Positions 1 through 12,545 of a stretch of DNA of 64,000 nt are shown piece after piece; the first letter of the stretch is position 1; each line of letters begins with the position of its first letter. A model generated the notes under the pieces. That model searched no databases, was not told where the DNA came from, and saw only the letters and a program-made list of their open reading frames with translations. The translations under genes were made by a program, and so were the position numbers. Origin of the DNA: Deinococcus sp. (GTDB taxonomy: Bacteria > Deinococcota > Deinococci > Deinococcales > Deinococcaceae); NCBI GenBank assembly GCA_965261005.1, contig OZ253375.1, positions 640,001-704,000 of the forward strand, read 5' to 3'.

Positions 1-107
1 AAACAGACAGAGTTCATCACGGCTGCCCGGAATGGGCGCGCGGCCGAGGGCGGTCCAGGGGATCACCGCAACCTCACCGCCCTTATCAGAAATCGCATCC
101 GGTCAGC

Positions 108-1130
108 TTAGCGCGCCCCCACCTCCGCGCGGGTCCACTCGGCGTACTCTTCCAGCTTGTCCCAGGCGGCGCCCGACGCGAGAATGTCACGCGCCAGTTC
201 CACGCCGCCGCGCACGTCCTCCGCCTTGCCCGCCACGTACAGGGCCGCCCCGGCGTTCAGCAGGATCACGTCGCGCTGGGCGGGCGTGCCGCGCCCCCGC
301 AAAATCTCGCGGGTGATCAGGGCGTTCTCGGCCGCGTCGCCACCGGCGAGGGCGGCGCGGGGATGCTCCTCGACCCCAACTTGCTCGGGGCGCAGGGTGT
401 AGTGGCGCAACTCGCCCCCCTTCAGCTCGGACACGGCCGTCTCGCCGCACACGGTCAGCTCGTCGAGGCCCGCGCCGTGAACCACCATCGCCGCCTGGCT
501 GCCCAGCAAGCGCAGCACCTCGGCCAGCTTGCCCGTGAGGTCGGGGGCGAACACGCCGATCAGTTGGTGGGTCGCGCCCGCCGGGTTGGTGATAGGGCCG
601 AGGACGTTGAAGACCGTGCGGATGCCCAGTTCGGCGCGCACCGGGGCCGCGAAGCGCATGGCCGGGTGGTAGGTGCGTGCGAACATGAAGCCGATGCCGA
701 GGTCGTCCACCGCCCCGGCGATGTTCTCGGGGCCAGCCTCCAGGTTCACCCCCAACGCCTCCAGCACGTCGGCGCTGCCCGCCTTGCTGCTGGCCGCGCG
801 GTTGCCGTGCTTGGCGACCCGCACCCCCCCCGCCGCCACCACAAAGGCCGCCGTGGTGGAGATGTTAAAGGTGTGCGCCCCGTCCCCCCCGGTGCCGCAG
901 GTGTCGAGCAGGGGACCACCCGACCGGATGGGCGGCCGGAGGGCCAACTCGCGCATGGCCCCCGCGAAGCCCGCGATCTCCTGGGGCGTCTCGCCGCGCA
1001 CCCGCAGCGCCGCCAAGGCTGCCGCCAGGCGCACGGCGCTCACGTCGCCGGTCATCACCTCGCGCATAAAGGCCGCCGCCTCGCTTTGGGACAGCGTCTC
1101 GCCGTTCATCAGCTTGCCGAGGGTGCTCAC
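108..1130 (-). CDS. trpD: Anthranilate phosphoribosyltransferase
   Basis: Motifs [33 protein letters not shown] start at 1130 overlaps the trpG stop (GTGA). Confidence 0.97.
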   Translation of the reverse strand: MSTLGKLMNGETLSQSEAAAFMREVMTGDVSAVRLAAALAALRVRGETPQEIAGFAGAMRELALRPPIRSGGPLLDTCGTGGDGAHTFNISTTAAFVVAAGGVRVAKHGNRAASSKAGSADVLEALGVNLEAGPENIAGAVDDLGIGFMFARTYHPAMRFAAPVRAELGIRTVFNVLGPITNPAGATHQLIGVFAPDLTGKLAEVLRLLGSQAAMVVHGAGLDELTVCGETAVSELKGGELRHYTLRPEQVGVEEHPRAALAGGDAAENALITREILRGRGTPAQRDVILLNAGAALYVAGKAEDVRGGVELARDILASGAAWDKLEEYAEWTRAEVGAR

Positions 1131-1720
1131 CGGGCCGCCCGCTCCAAAAAGTTCGCCAGCAGCCGCATCCCGCCCTCGCTCGCCACGCTTTCGGGGTGGA
1201 ACTGCACGCCGTACAGCGGAAAGTCGCGGTGCTTGAGGGCCATCAGGGTTCGGGTGCCGTCCGGCTCGGTCGCCCAGGCGGTCGGAATCAAGTCTTCCGG
1301 CAGGTTCTCGACCGTCAGCGAGTGGTAGCGCGTGACGGTCAACTCTGCGGGCAGGTCCGCAAAAATTCCCTCGCCGTCGTGCTCGATCACGCTGGTCTTG
1401 CCGTGCATCAGGTGGGCCGCCCGCACGACCTTCGCCCCGAACGCCTGCCCCATGCTTTGGTGCCCGAGGCACACGCCCAGCATGGGAATCTCGGCCCCGT
1501 AGCGCTCGATCACCGCGACGCTCAGCCCCGCGTCGGTGGGCGTGCAGGGGCCGGGCGAAATGACGATGGCGCCCGGGTTCAGCTTGCCAATGTCCTCCAA
1601 GCCAAAGGCGTCGTTGCGCCACACCGTCAGCTGGCAGCCGAGTTCGCCGAGGTACTGGACTAGGTTGTAGGTGAAGGAGTCGTAGTTGTCTATGACGAGG
1701 ACGTGGGGGGATGGGGACAT
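1127..1720 (-). CDS. trpG: Anthranilate synthase component II (glutamine amidotransferase)
   Basis: [40 protein letters not shown] before ATG 1720. Confidence 0.96.
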   Translation of the reverse strand: MSPSPHVLVIDNYDSFTYNLVQYLGELGCQLTVWRNDAFGLEDIGKLNPGAIVISPGPCTPTDAGLSVAVIERYGAEIPMLGVCLGHQSMGQAFGAKVVRAAHLMHGKTSVIEHDGEGIFADLPAELTVTRYHSLTVENLPEDLIPTAWATEPDGTRTLMALKHRDFPLYGVQFHPESVASEGGMRLLANFLERAAR

Positions 1721-1790
1721 CGGTTGTTCTCCTGGTGGGTGATGTGGGGCGGGTTTGCCGGTGGGTGGAGGGGAGAGTTCGTTCGTGGGT

Positions 1791-1819
1791 GTAGGGGAGG
1801 GTTTGAAACCCTCCCCTAC
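1791..1819. repeat. GTAG-type REP-like palindrome between trpE and trpG
   Basis: GTAGGGGAGGGTTT-G-AAACCCTCCCCTAC: perfect 14-bp arms, 1-nt spacer. Confidence 0.75.
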
Positions 1820-1842
1820 CGCGCCCACCGTGTGCCGGGTCA

Positions 1843-3267
1843 TCACAGCCCCTCGCAGGCCAGTTCAACCGCCCGCATCGCCGCCGCCGCTTTATTCAGG
1901 CTTTCCTGGTACTCCTCGGCCGGGTCGCTGTCGGCGACCACGCCGCCGCCGGCCTGGATGTGAACCTGGCCGTCCGCGATCACCATCGTTCTGAGGGTCA
2001 GGGCCATGTCGAGGGCGCCGCTGGGGCTGATGTAGCCAAAGGCGCCGCCGTAGGGGCCACGCCGGGTCGGCTCGACCTCCTCGATGATCTCCATCGCGCG
2101 AATCTTGGGGGCGCCCGAGACGGTGCCCATCGGCAGGACGCTGGCGAGGGCGTGCAGCGGCGTCTTGCCCTTCGCCAACTTGGCGCGCACGCCGGAAACC
2201 AGGTGCATCACGTGGCTGTACTTCTCGACAGAAAAGGCGTCCTCGACCCTAACCGAGCCGTACTCGGCCACCCGGCCGAGGTCGTTGCGCCCCAAATCCA
2301 CCAGCATCAGGTGTTCGGCGCGCTCCTTTTCGTCGGCCTGAAGTTCGAGGGCCAGCGCCTCGTCCTCCTGCGGCGTGGCCCCGCGCTTGCGTGTTCCGGC
2401 GATGGGGCGCGTGACGATGCTGTGGCCGTCACTCTTGAGCAAACTCTCGGGGCTGCTGGCGACCAGGGTCACGTCGCCGAAGTCGAGGTAGCCGAGGTAG
2501 GGGCTGGGGTTCAGCGAGCGCAGCGCCCGGTACAGCGCGAAGGGGTGTGCGGTCAGCCTCGCCGAAAAGCGCTGGCTGGGCACCACCTGGAAGATGTCGC
2601 CGGCGCGGATGTACGACAGGCAGGTTTCCACCGCCGCCATGAACTCCTCGCGCGTGAAGTTGCTGCTGAACTCGGGCTTTCTCGCGGGGCGGTCCCCCGG
2701 CACCCCCGGCAGCGGGCCGCGCAGTTGCCGCTCCAAAGTGACGGCGGTGCGCTCGGCGCGCTCAGGGTCGTCGTCCACCGCCACGGCGAACAGGCGGTGC
2801 TTGAGGTGGTCGAAGATGACCATGCCCTCCGGCGCCACGAAGAGGGCGTCGGGCAGGTTCAGCTCGTCGGGATTCTCTGCGGGCAACTTCTCGTAGGCGC
2901 GGATCAGGTCGTAGGCGGTGTAGCCGACCGCGCCGCCCACGAAGGTGGGTAAGCCGGCGGGCACGTCCAGGGGGCGCACCACCCGGTCGAACAGCAGCGA
3001 GAGGGGATCGCGCGTTTCTTGCTCACCCTTCCCGAACACACCGCTAAGCCTCGCGCGCCCGTCGCGGTACTCGAAGCGTCCGCGCTCCCCCACGCCAATA
3101 AAGGAGTAGCGGCCCAGCTTCTCGCCCGCCTCCACGCTTTCCAGCAAAAAGCTCGGGCCGCGCGCCACCTTCAGGTAGGCCGTCACGGGGGTATCGAGGT
3201 CGGCCGAAAGTTCGCGCACGCGAACGGCGGGGACAGCCTGGCTTAAGGTGGATTGGCTCAGCGTCAT
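1843..3267 (-). CDS. trpE: Anthranilate synthase component I
   Basis: [56 protein letters not shown] before ATG 3267. Confidence 0.97.
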   Translation of the reverse strand: MTLSQSTLSQAVPAVRVRELSADLDTPVTAYLKVARGPSFLLESVEAGEKLGRYSFIGVGERGRFEYRDGRARLSGVFGKGEQETRDPLSLLFDRVVRPLDVPAGLPTFVGGAVGYTAYDLIRAYEKLPAENPDELNLPDALFVAPEGMVIFDHLKHRLFAVAVDDDPERAERTAVTLERQLRGPLPGVPGDRPARKPEFSSNFTREEFMAAVETCLSYIRAGDIFQVVPSQRFSARLTAHPFALYRALRSLNPSPYLGYLDFGDVTLVASSPESLLKSDGHSIVTRPIAGTRKRGATPQEDEALALELQADEKERAEHLMLVDLGRNDLGRVAEYGSVRVEDAFSVEKYSHVMHLVSGVRAKLAKGKTPLHALASVLPMGTVSGAPKIRAMEIIEEVEPTRRGPYGGAFGYISPSGALDMALTLRTMVIADGQVHIQAGGGVVADSDPAEEYQESLNKAAAAMRAVELACEGL

Positions 3268-3277
3268 AGAAACCTCC

Positions 3278-3309
3278 AAAGAAAACGCCCAGGCGTGGAG
3301 CCTGGGCGT
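3278..3309 (-). terminator. trp attenuator terminator hairpin
   Basis: Minus strand ACGCCCAGGC-TCCAC-GCCTGGGCGT then TTTCTTT, between the leader peptide and trpE. Confidence 0.9.
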
Positions 3310-3325
3310 GACAATACGGCGCGGG

Positions 3326-3370
3326 TCACCCAGGCGAACTGGGCCACCACCACGCGCGGATGCGGAACAT
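3326..3370 (-). CDS. trpL: trp operon leader peptide MFRIRAWWWPSSPG
   Basis: 14-aa ORF with three consecutive TGG codons; TATTCT -10 box 6 nt before the ATG; antiterminator and terminator follow. Confidence 0.93.
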   Translation of the reverse strand: MFRIRAWWWPSSPG

Positions 3371-3477
3371 AAAGATAGAATACGGTGAGCGAAGGGCGTT
3401 TGGCGGCGAAGTTGTCTAGGGGAGCAGGAGGCGAAAGCCACAAGCCACGCAAGGCCGAAACCCGCTACCCTAAACCC

Positions 3478-3930
3478 ATGAAGCGCTGCGCCGTCTGCCT
3501 GCCCGTCCGCGAAGATCAAGTTTTGCTGGGCTATAAGAAGCGCGGCTTCGGGCAAGGAAAAATTGTCGAGATCGGCGGCAAGCTGGAGGCGGGCGAGACG
3601 CCGGAGGGGGCCGCGCGGCGTGAGTTGCAGGAGGAGTGCGGCCTGAGCGTCACGCAGATAGAGGCGCTGGGCGAGGTCGTGTTTCAGTTCGCCGGCAAGC
3701 CCGAGTGGGACATGCATGTCTGGGTCTTCCTGGGCCGGGCGTGGCAAGGTGAGCCGGTCGAGACGGACGAGATCGCGCCGGCGTGGTTCCCGGCGGGCGC
3801 CCTCCCCTACCCCCGCATGTGGCAGGACGCGCCGCACTGGCTGCCGCAGGTGTTGGCGGGCCAGCCGGTCGCGCTGCACTTCTTCTTTGGTGAGGACGGC
3901 GAGACGTTGCAAAGCGTGCGGGCGCTGTAG
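3478..3930 (+). CDS. NUDIX hydrolase (8-oxo-dGTP diphosphatase-like)
   Basis: Nudix box GGKLEAGETPEGAARRELQEECGL, plus KKRGFGQGK; TACCCT -10 6 nt before ATG 3478. Confidence 0.9.
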   Translation: MKRCAVCLPVREDQVLLGYKKRGFGQGKIVEIGGKLEAGETPEGAARRELQEECGLSVTQIEALGEVVFQFAGKPEWDMHVWVFLGRAWQGEPVETDEIAPAWFPAGALPYPRMWQDAPHWLPQVLAGQPVALHFFFGEDGETLQSVRAL

Positions 3931-3933
3931 CTC

Positions 3934-4096
3934 TTTAAGTATCTCCCGGCTAACGTTCCGTGCCTACGCAAAAAACGCTCCGTCACTCCCAACGGGTCGC
4001 GCGAAGCGTCGCCCCTCGACCACTCCCGCCAGGACGTACTTTTTTTCCTACTCGCTCTGCTCGGACAATCTAAAGATCATCAGGGAGATCCTTAAA
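3934..4096. mobile_element. MITE-like Deinococcus short repeat (SNR/SRE-like)
   Basis: Terminal inverted repeats TTTAAGTATCTCCC / GGGAGATCCTTAAA (13/14). Internal core CTACTCGCTCTGCTCGG (4048-4064) is shared with other intergenic elements here. Confidence 0.7.
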
Positions 4097-4520
4097 TCGC
4101 TTCCCGCTCCCAGTCGCGCTCCAGCGCCAAGGAGAGGTCGTCGGTGAGGGTCGCTTGGTAACCGGCCCACTCGGTCCACAGCTCGCGCAAACGTTGGGCG
4201 GCCAGCACCAAGGCGACCTCCAGCTCGGGAGCGGGCGCGCGGCTGGCCCACGCGACGGTCAGGTCCACCTTGGCCCACAGGTAGCGGCTGGCGTGGGAGT
4301 AGACGCCGTCGTAGACGTACTCCACGTTCGACCAGTCGCAGGCGCCGAAGCGTGCCCAGATCAAGTCGGAGACCGGGCCATGTGAGCGGGCACAGCGTCC
4401 GGCCGCGTGGGACAGACCGCGCTCGCGGCAGCAGCGCTCGGCCAGCAGCTCGATGTCGCGGTCCACCGTCTCGCGAAAGCTGATCTCAATGGCGCGCCGC
4501 GCCCGGTGCTTCTCGTTCAT
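4092..4520 (-). CDS. Hypothetical protein (142 aa)
   Basis: Protein-like composition; TAGACT -10 6 nt before the ATG; stop codon lies inside the repeat TIR. Confidence 0.75.
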   Translation of the reverse strand: MNEKHRARRAIEISFRETVDRDIELLAERCCRERGLSHAAGRCARSHGPVSDLIWARFGACDWSNVEYVYDGVYSHASRYLWAKVDLTVAWASRAPAPELEVALVLAAQRLRELWTEWAGYQATLTDDLSLALERDWEREAI

Positions 4521-4621
4521 AGAACCAGTCTAGGAAGCGGCGCCTGTCACGATTCTTACGCGGTGAAGCAGGTCCTCATCTCTCCAGACCCATGCCCTGA
4601 CCAATGCTCTAGATTGCCCGC

Positions 4622-5698
4622 GTGAGCCAACTCTTTTCCCCCCTCAAGCTGCGCGGCCTGACCCTGAAAAACCGCGTGGTCGTGTCGCCGATGTGCATGT
4701 ACAGCAGCGAACACGGCCTCGCCAACGACTTTCACCTGGTCCACCTGGGCAGCTTCGCCCTTGGCGGGGCGGGCCTGATCCTCAGCGAGGCGACCGCCGT
4801 CAGTCCGGAGGGGCGCATCTCGCCGCAGGACTTGGGGTTGTGGGAGGACGCGCAGATTCGGCCGCTGGCGCGGGTGTGCGACTTCGTCCACGGCGCGGGC
4901 GCCCTGATCGGGGTGCAGCTGGCACACGCGGGGCGCAAGGCCAGCATGCGCGCGCCGTTTCGGGGACGCGGCCAGGTGCCGGACCCTGTGCCTGACATCG
5001 AGGGCGGCTGGACGCCGCTGGCGCCCAGCCCGGAGCGCTACTCGGAAATGTACCGCGCGCCCAGTGAGCTGAGCGGGGACGACATCGCGCGGGTGGTGGC
5101 CGACTTCGCCGCGGGCGCCCAGCGCGCCCTGCTGGCCGGCTTCGACGTGATCGAGCTGCACGCCGCCCACGGCTACCTGCTGCACGAGTTTCTATCGCCG
5201 CTGTCCAACCTGCGCGCGGACGGGTACGGCGGCAGTTTCGAGAACCGGGCGCGCCTCGTGCTGGAGGTGACGCGGGCGGTGCGGCGCGCTTGGCCCGAAC
5301 ACCTGCCGCTGTTCGTGCGCTTGTCGGCGACCGACTGGACGCCGGGGGGCTGGACGCCGGACGACACGGTCGCCCTCAGCCAGCTGCTTTCTCATGAGGG
5401 CGCCGACGTGATTGACGTGTCCTCGGGTGGCCTCAGCCCCGAGCAGCAGGTCGAGGTTGTCCCCGGCTACCAAGTGCCCTTCGCGGCCCGGGTGCGCGCG
5501 GAGGCGAAGGTCAAGACCGTGGCCGTCGGCCTGATCACGGGGGCGCAGCAGGCCGAGGCCATCTTGCAGCAGGGCGCGGCCGACCTGGTCGCCGTGGCCC
5601 GCCAAGCGCTGCGCGACCCGCACTGGCCGCTGCGCGCCGCCTTTGAGCTGGGCGAGGATGTGAGCTGGCCCCCGCAATACGAGCGCGCCAAGCCGTGA
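4622..5698 (+). CDS. NADH:flavin oxidoreductase, old yellow enzyme (YqjM/NamA-like)
   Basis: NRVVVSPMCMYS, QLAHAGRKAS, ELHAAHGYLLHEFLSPLSN, C-terminal WPPQYER. Confidence 0.93.
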   Translation: MSQLFSPLKLRGLTLKNRVVVSPMCMYSSEHGLANDFHLVHLGSFALGGAGLILSEATAVSPEGRISPQDLGLWEDAQIRPLARVCDFVHGAGALIGVQLAHAGRKASMRAPFRGRGQVPDPVPDIEGGWTPLAPSPERYSEMYRAPSELSGDDIARVVADFAAGAQRALLAGFDVIELHAAHGYLLHEFLSPLSNLRADGYGGSFENRARLVLEVTRAVRRAWPEHLPLFVRLSATDWTPGGWTPDDTVALSQLLSHEGADVIDVSSGGLSPEQQVEVVPGYQVPFAARVRAEAKVKTVAVGLITGAQQAEAILQQGAADLVAVARQALRDPHWPLRAAFELGEDVSWPPQYERAKP

Positions 5699-5707
5699 AC
5701 AAAGGCG

Positions 5708-5748
5708 AAGGGCGGCGGCAAGCCTTCAACTTGTCGCCGCCCTTGTTG
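5708..5748. terminator. Hairpin between convergent genes
   Basis: AAGGGCGGCGGCAAG...CTTGTCGCCGCCCTT stem. Confidence 0.6.
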
Positions 5749-5755
5749 TATTTGC

Positions 5756-5959
5756 TCAGTCGGCTGCCTGCAACTGGGGAGCCAATTCTCCCGCTTGGCC
5801 CGGCGCCGGCAGGATGCCCTCCAACTCGGGCGACCAGGTCAGCGGCACCTCCCAACGCTCACCGCGCGACACCCGCAGGGCCACCGCCGAAATCGGGACG
5901 AGCAGGGCCAAGGCGACGGCGGCGGCGTCGAGCGTGAGGAAGAGCAGGGCGGAGTTCAT
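5756..5959 (-). CDS. Small hypothetical membrane protein (67 aa)
   Basis: Hydrophobic N-terminal helix; fills the gap between the oxidoreductase and pspA; followed by a hairpin. Confidence 0.55.
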   Translation of the reverse strand: MNSALLFLTLDAAAVALALLVPISAVALRVSRGERWEVPLTWSPELEGILPAPGQAGELAPQLQAAD

Positions 5960-6178
5960 GGAAACAGTGTGAAAGGCGAGGCCTTACAAAACTATCACAA
6001 GGCGGCATAAAGATTTCCTGAAGATTACTCATCTCGCTTTCAAGAACTGACGAAAGGTGAGAAGTGAAGACCTGATAGGCCGCGTTCTAACCCTACAAAC
6101 GTTAGAATGGGTGAACACGCTGGGTAATGGGGCGCAACTTTTTACGCCCTGGTCTCGTAACCAAATTCGGAGGAACCT

Positions 6179-6859
6179 ATGACCATTCTCGACCGCTTAT
6201 CCCGCTTGATCCGCGCCAACGTCAACGACCTGATCTCTAAGGCTGAGGATCCCGACAAGATCATTGAGCAGTCGCTGCGCGACATGCGCGACGCCTACGC
6301 CCAGGCCCGCGCCGAGGTCGCCGACGCGATGGCCCAGAACGCCAAGCTGGAGCGCGAGATGCAGAGCAACGGGCGCCTGGCGCAGGACTACGCCGGCAAG
6401 GCGCAGGAGGCCCTCAAGCTCGGCAACGAGGATCTCGCCCGCGAAGCGTTGCGCCGCAAAAAGAACCACGAGGACCTGGCCGCCGGCTTTCAAGATCAGC
6501 TGTCGCGCCAAAGCGCGACGGTGGACCAGCTCAAGACCCAGCTGCGCGCCCTCGAAGCCAAAATTGACGAGTTCGAGTCCAAGAAGGAACTCCTCCAGGC
6601 GCGCTCCAAGACCGCCAGCGCCTCGCAGACGCTGGAGCGCATGAGCGGCTTCGACAAGAGCGGCGGCGCCATGAGCGCCTTTGAGGACATGGAGCGCAAG
6701 GTGGCCCAACAAGAGGACCGCGCGGCGGCCATGGGCCAACTGCGCCAGGAAGGCGACCTCGACGCGCAGCTGAAGAACCTCGGCCGCGACGGCGAAATTG
6801 ACGCCGAGTTGGAGGCCATGAAGCGACAGATGGGCATGGGGGACGCCAAGCAGGGCTGA
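6179..6859 (+). CDS. pspA: Phage shock protein A / IM30 family
   Basis: ILDRLSRLIRANVNDLISKAEDP, coiled coil, AFEDMERKV; RBS GGAGG. Confidence 0.95.
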   Translation: MTILDRLSRLIRANVNDLISKAEDPDKIIEQSLRDMRDAYAQARAEVADAMAQNAKLEREMQSNGRLAQDYAGKAQEALKLGNEDLAREALRRKKNHEDLAAGFQDQLSRQSATVDQLKTQLRALEAKIDEFESKKELLQARSKTASASQTLERMSGFDKSGGAMSAFEDMERKVAQQEDRAAAMGQLRQEGDLDAQLKNLGRDGEIDAELEAMKRQMGMGDAKQG

Positions 6860-6872
6860 AACTTTTGACCTG

Positions 6873-6901
6873 AAGGGGCGGGCCGCTGGCCCGCCCCTTT
6901 T
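6873..6901 (+). terminator. Intrinsic terminator of pspA
   Basis: AAGGGGCGGGCC-GCT-GGCCCGCCCCTTTT. Confidence 0.85.
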
Positions 6902-7019
6902 CGCTCCCCGCTAGACTTGGGGAATGAAGACCGCGTTCAGCGTTTCCCAGAGCAAGCCCCAAGGCAATCCCATGCAACTTGACAGTCGCGCCCACCCGCC
7001 CTTCTTTATGCTGGGCGGT

Positions 7020-7712
7020 GTGAGCTTTTCGAGGTGGCCGCATGTTCGACCGGCGTTCGTTTTGACCGCCGGGCTAACCGCGCTGCTGCTCGGGTCCTGC
7101 GCGCCGAGAACGGCGGATCCCGGCAAGGCGCAGGCGGCCACCAGCGTGAACGCGGTGACCTTTTATCCGGCCCAGGCCGGCCTGAGCTGGACCTACGTGC
7201 CCGAGGGCGAGGCTCTCAACTCGGCGCCCTACACGCTGGCGGTGCTGGGGCCGACCCTGTTCGGCGACCAAGCGGCGGTCGCCTACCGCTTCAGCGGGCG
7301 CGGCGCGGACCAGACCTCGTTTCGGCAGGTGGGGGACGGGGGGTCGCTGCTGCTGGGCTTCACCAAGCCGGGCCTGACGGTGTCGCTGACGCCGCCGTGG
7401 CGCGAATACCCGGCGGCGAACGCGTGGCGGGTGGGCCTCAATTGGTCGGGCGAGTCGCAGGTGAGCGTGCTCTCCGACGGCAAGGTCGTGCAGGAAGGTC
7501 AGGCCCAGTACCGCTACACCGTGCTGGAAAAGCGGCGCGTCAGCGTGGGCGCCAGCGCGCGCGACGTCTGGGTGGTCAACCGCCAAATCAGCGACAACGT
7601 GGGCGGGCTGTTTCCCTCGGCGTCGCAGAACTTGTGGTACGAGCCGTTCGGCTGGGAAATTCGCACGCCCGAGGGCCTCTTGCAGGTGGGCCGCAACTAC
7701 CGCGCCAACTGA
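7020..7712 (+). CDS. Hypothetical lipoprotein
   Basis: Lipobox LLGSC after a hydrophobic stretch. Start placed at GTG 7020, 7 nt after TATGCT; start is uncertain (ORF open from 6924). Confidence 0.75.
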   Translation: MSFSRWPHVRPAFVLTAGLTALLLGSCAPRTADPGKAQAATSVNAVTFYPAQAGLSWTYVPEGEALNSAPYTLAVLGPTLFGDQAAVAYRFSGRGADQTSFRQVGDGGSLLLGFTKPGLTVSLTPPWREYPAANAWRVGLNWSGESQVSVLSDGKVVQEGQAQYRYTVLEKRRVSVGASARDVWVVNRQISDNVGGLFPSASQNLWYEPFGWEIRTPEGLLQVGRNYRAN

Positions 7713-7731
7713 AGCTTTTAGGAGGGGACGT

Positions 7732-9588
<1,857 letters not shown>

Positions 9589-9697
9589 GCGGCGCCCAAA
9601 GCGCCAAGCCAAGTCCAGCTTTCTCACAAGGTCCCTTCATCTGGGCACGCGGAAACTTTCCCGCTCATCGGCTTTTATAAAGGACAGGAGGACGCTT

Positions 9698-9898
9698 ATG
9701 AAATTTTCAACCCTGCTGTACACCTTGGGATTCGCCTCAATCACGATGTCGGCCATCAACTTTGTGAGCGGCAAGACGGATTCCGGCGACGATGGTGAGC
9801 GCAACGGCCTGTTCATCGGCCAGTGGGCGCCCACCTTCTTCATCCTTGCCAAGGTCGTGGAGGACCGCGAGCACCGCAACGACCTCAAGCTCGACTGA
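9698..9898 (+). CDS. Small hypothetical membrane protein (66 aa)
   Basis: RBS AGGAGG; two hydrophobic segments, GLFIGQWAPTFFIL; followed by a hairpin at 9916-9947. Confidence 0.8.
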   Translation: MKFSTLLYTLGFASITMSAINFVSGKTDSGDDGERNGLFIGQWAPTFFILAKVVEDREHRNDLKLD

Positions 9899-10012
9899 AA
9901 ACCGCTCGTAGGACGGGCCGGATACCTTACGGTGTCCGGCCTTATTTCTAGGTTCAAATCTTATGGCCCTGAATATACGTCCCCAAAACACTTTGACGCT
10001 AAGATGCCTGCC

Positions 10013-12541
10013 ATGAACATTCTCGGCAAAGTCACCGTGCTGCCCAAGTTGCCCGCCGCGTTGCGGCGTTTGGAGGAACTGGCTTACAACCTGTATTGGA
10101 GTTGGACGCCGCAGGCGCGTGATTTGTACCGCGACCTGAGCCAGGCGTTGTGGGAACGCCACGGCCACAACCCGGTGCGGGTGCTCTTGGAGGTGCCGCA
10201 ATCGCGCTTGGAGGAAGCCGCCGCCGATTCGCAGTACCTGGCCCGCTTGGAGCGCGCGCTGAGCGACTTCGACGCCTACATGAAGCCGGAGACGACCTGG
10301 GCCGAGAACAACGCGCCGGAATTGGACGAGGTGGCCTACTTCAGCATGGAGTACGGCTTCGCCGAGTGCTTGCCGATCTACTCGGGGGGCCTGGGCGTGC
10401 TGGCGGGGGACCACTGCAAGAGCGCCTCGGACCTCGGCCTGCCGTTCCGGGCGGTCGGGCTGCTGTTTCACCAAGGCTACTTTCGGCAACTCATCAACAA
10501 GGAGGGCTGGCAAGAGGAGGCCTACGACGCGCTGGACCTCACCACCTTGCCCCTCAGACCGGCGCGCACGCCGCAGGGGGAGGAGGCGCGGCTCAGCCTG
10601 GATATAGCGGGGCGGGACGTCCACCTGCGGGTGTGGCAGCTGAACGTCGGGCGCATTGCGGTGTACCTGCTCGACGCCAATGTGCCGGAAAACAGCCCGG
10701 AGGACCGCGCCCTGACCGCCCGGCTGTACGGCGGCAACCAGGAACTGCGCATTCAGCAGGAATTGATTCTGGGCGTGGGCGGGTTGCGCGCGCTGCGCGT
10801 GCTGGGCCAACAGCCGCAGGTCTACCACATGAACGAGGGCCACGCCGCCTTTTTGGGCTTGGAGCGCATGCGGGAGCTGGTGGCGGGGGGGCTGTCCTTC
10901 GAGGCCGCCCTGGAGGCGGTCGCCGCCGGCACCCTCTTCACCACCCACACGCCGGTGCCGGCCGGCAACGACGCCTTTGCGCTCGACTTGGCGGAGAAGT
11001 ACCTGGGCGAGTGGCCGGCCATGCTCGGCACCTCTTGGGAGGCCATGACCGACCTGGCGCGCCACGACCAGCCGTGGGGCCAGACTTTTTCGATGACGGT
11101 GTTGGCGCTCAGGACCTCGCGCGCGGCCAACGGGGTCTCGGAGCTGCACGGTCAGGTCAGCCGCAAGATCTGGGCCTTTTTGTATCCCGGCGCGGCCGAG
11201 AACGAGGTGCCCATCGGCCACGTCACCAACGGCGTGCATACCCTGACCTTTTTGGCGCAAAAGCTGCGCGACCTTTACGGCGGCGTGCTGCCGCCCGGTT
11301 GGACGGGGCGCCTTGAGGAGGGGGCCATGTGGGCCGCCGGCATTCCCGACTTGCCCGACGAGACCTTTGTGGCCGCGCTGCGCGACCTCAAGCTGGAGAT
11401 GATCGCCTTTGTGCGGGAGCGCCTTGGCGCCCAACTGCGCCGCAACGGGGCCAGCGCCGCCGAACTCAAGGCGGCCGGCGGGGTGCTGTCCCCAGAGGCG
11501 CTGACCATTGGCTTCGCGCGCCGCTTCGCGACCTACAAGCGCGCCACGCTGCTGTTTCGCGACCGCGCGCGCCTCGCGCGCCTCGTGAACGATCCCGAGC
11601 GACCGGTGCAGTTCGTGTTCGCCGGCAAGGCCCACCCCGCCGACAACCCGGGCAAAGCCTTTATCCAGGAAATCTACCGCATGTCGCAAGAAAGCGAATT
11701 TCGCGGCAAGATCGTGATGCTGGAGAACTACGACCTCAACGTCGCGCGCCACCTGGTACAGGGCGTGGACGTGTGGCTCAACAACCCGCGCCGCCCCCTG
11801 GAGGCGTCGGGCACCTCGGGCATGAAGGCGAGCCTGAACGGCGCGCTGAACTTTTCCATCCTGGACGGTTGGTGGCGCGAGGCGTATGACGGCGGCAACG
11901 GCTACGCCATCGGCGACGAGCGCGAGTTCGAGAGCCTCGACACCCAGGACGACGCCGACAGCTTCAGCCTCTACGAGACGCTGGAAAACGAGATCGCGCC
12001 GCTGTACTACGCGCGCGACGAGCGCGGCTTCAACCACGGCTGGCTGGAGCGGCTGCGCCGCGCGGTGATCACGGTGGCGCCCACCTTCTCGATGCAGCGT
12101 CAGGTGATCGACTACACGGCCCAGTACTACCTGCCGCTGAGCGCGCGGGCGGGCAAGGTCTGGGCGGGGGATTTCGCCTTGGCGCGCGAATTGGCCGCTT
12201 GGAAACAGAACGTGCGCGCCCAGTGGCCGCAGGCCGGCATCGAGGCCAACGTGAAGCTATCCGGCACCGATTTGCCGGACACCGCCGAGCCGGGCAGCAA
12301 GGTGAAGGTCGAGGCGCGCGTTCACGCCGGCACCCTCACGGCGGGGGATTTGCGCGTGGAGGCCGTGCTGGAGCGTGACGGGCGGCAAGCCCACTTCCCG
12401 CTCACGGCGCAAGGTGACGGCCACTTCGAGGGCGAGGTGCCCCTTCAGGAAAGCGGCCTCTACAGCGTCGGCGCGCGCATGCTGGCCGCCCGCCCCGACT
12501 TGGCGAGCGAGTTGGAGATGGGCCTGATCAAGTGGGCATAG
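10013..12541 (+). CDS. glgP: Alpha-glucan (glycogen/maltodextrin) phosphorylase
   Basis: YFSMEYG, YSGGLGVLAGDH, FARRFATYKRA, PLP motif EASGTSGMKA; TAAGAT -10 7 nt before the ATG. Confidence 0.96.
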   Translation: MNILGKVTVLPKLPAALRRLEELAYNLYWSWTPQARDLYRDLSQALWERHGHNPVRVLLEVPQSRLEEAAADSQYLARLERALSDFDAYMKPETTWAENNAPELDEVAYFSMEYGFAECLPIYSGGLGVLAGDHCKSASDLGLPFRAVGLLFHQGYFRQLINKEGWQEEAYDALDLTTLPLRPARTPQGEEARLSLDIAGRDVHLRVWQLNVGRIAVYLLDANVPENSPEDRALTARLYGGNQELRIQQELILGVGGLRALRVLGQQPQVYHMNEGHAAFLGLERMRELVAGGLSFEAALEAVAAGTLFTTHTPVPAGNDAFALDLAEKYLGEWPAMLGTSWEAMTDLARHDQPWGQTFSMTVLALRTSRAANGVSELHGQVSRKIWAFLYPGAAENEVPIGHVTNGVHTLTFLAQKLRDLYGGVLPPGWTGRLEEGAMWAAGIPDLPDETFVAALRDLKLEMIAFVRERLGAQLRRNGASAAELKAAGGVLSPEALTIGFARRFATYKRATLLFRDRARLARLVNDPERPVQFVFAGKAHPADNPGKAFIQEIYRMSQESEFRGKIVMLENYDLNVARHLVQGVDVWLNNPRRPLEASGTSGMKASLNGALNFSILDGWWREAYDGGNGYAIGDEREFESLDTQDDADSFSLYETLENEIAPLYYARDERGFNHGWLERLRRAVITVAPTFSMQRQVIDYTAQYYLPLSARAGKVWAGDFALARELAAWKQNVRAQWPQAGIEANVKLSGTDLPDTAEPGSKVKVEARVHAGTLTAGDLRVEAVLERDGRQAHFPLTAQGDGHFEGEVPLQESGLYSVGARMLAARPDLASELEMGLIKWA

Positions 12542-12545
12542 TGCT

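Noticed and set aside
1131..1868. Apparent N-terminal extension of trpD (and of trpE up to 3912), suggesting fusions
   Set aside because: The extensions overlap trpG, the attenuator and the NUDIX gene in other frames; supported starts are 1130 and 3267.
9737..12037. Long antisense or alternate-frame ORFs (this 766-aa one, also 17162-19075, 27083-29011, 48125-49747, 53488-55428, 61963-63522)
   Set aside because: They shadow well-supported genes, have no recognisable motifs, and are expected from high-GC codon bias.
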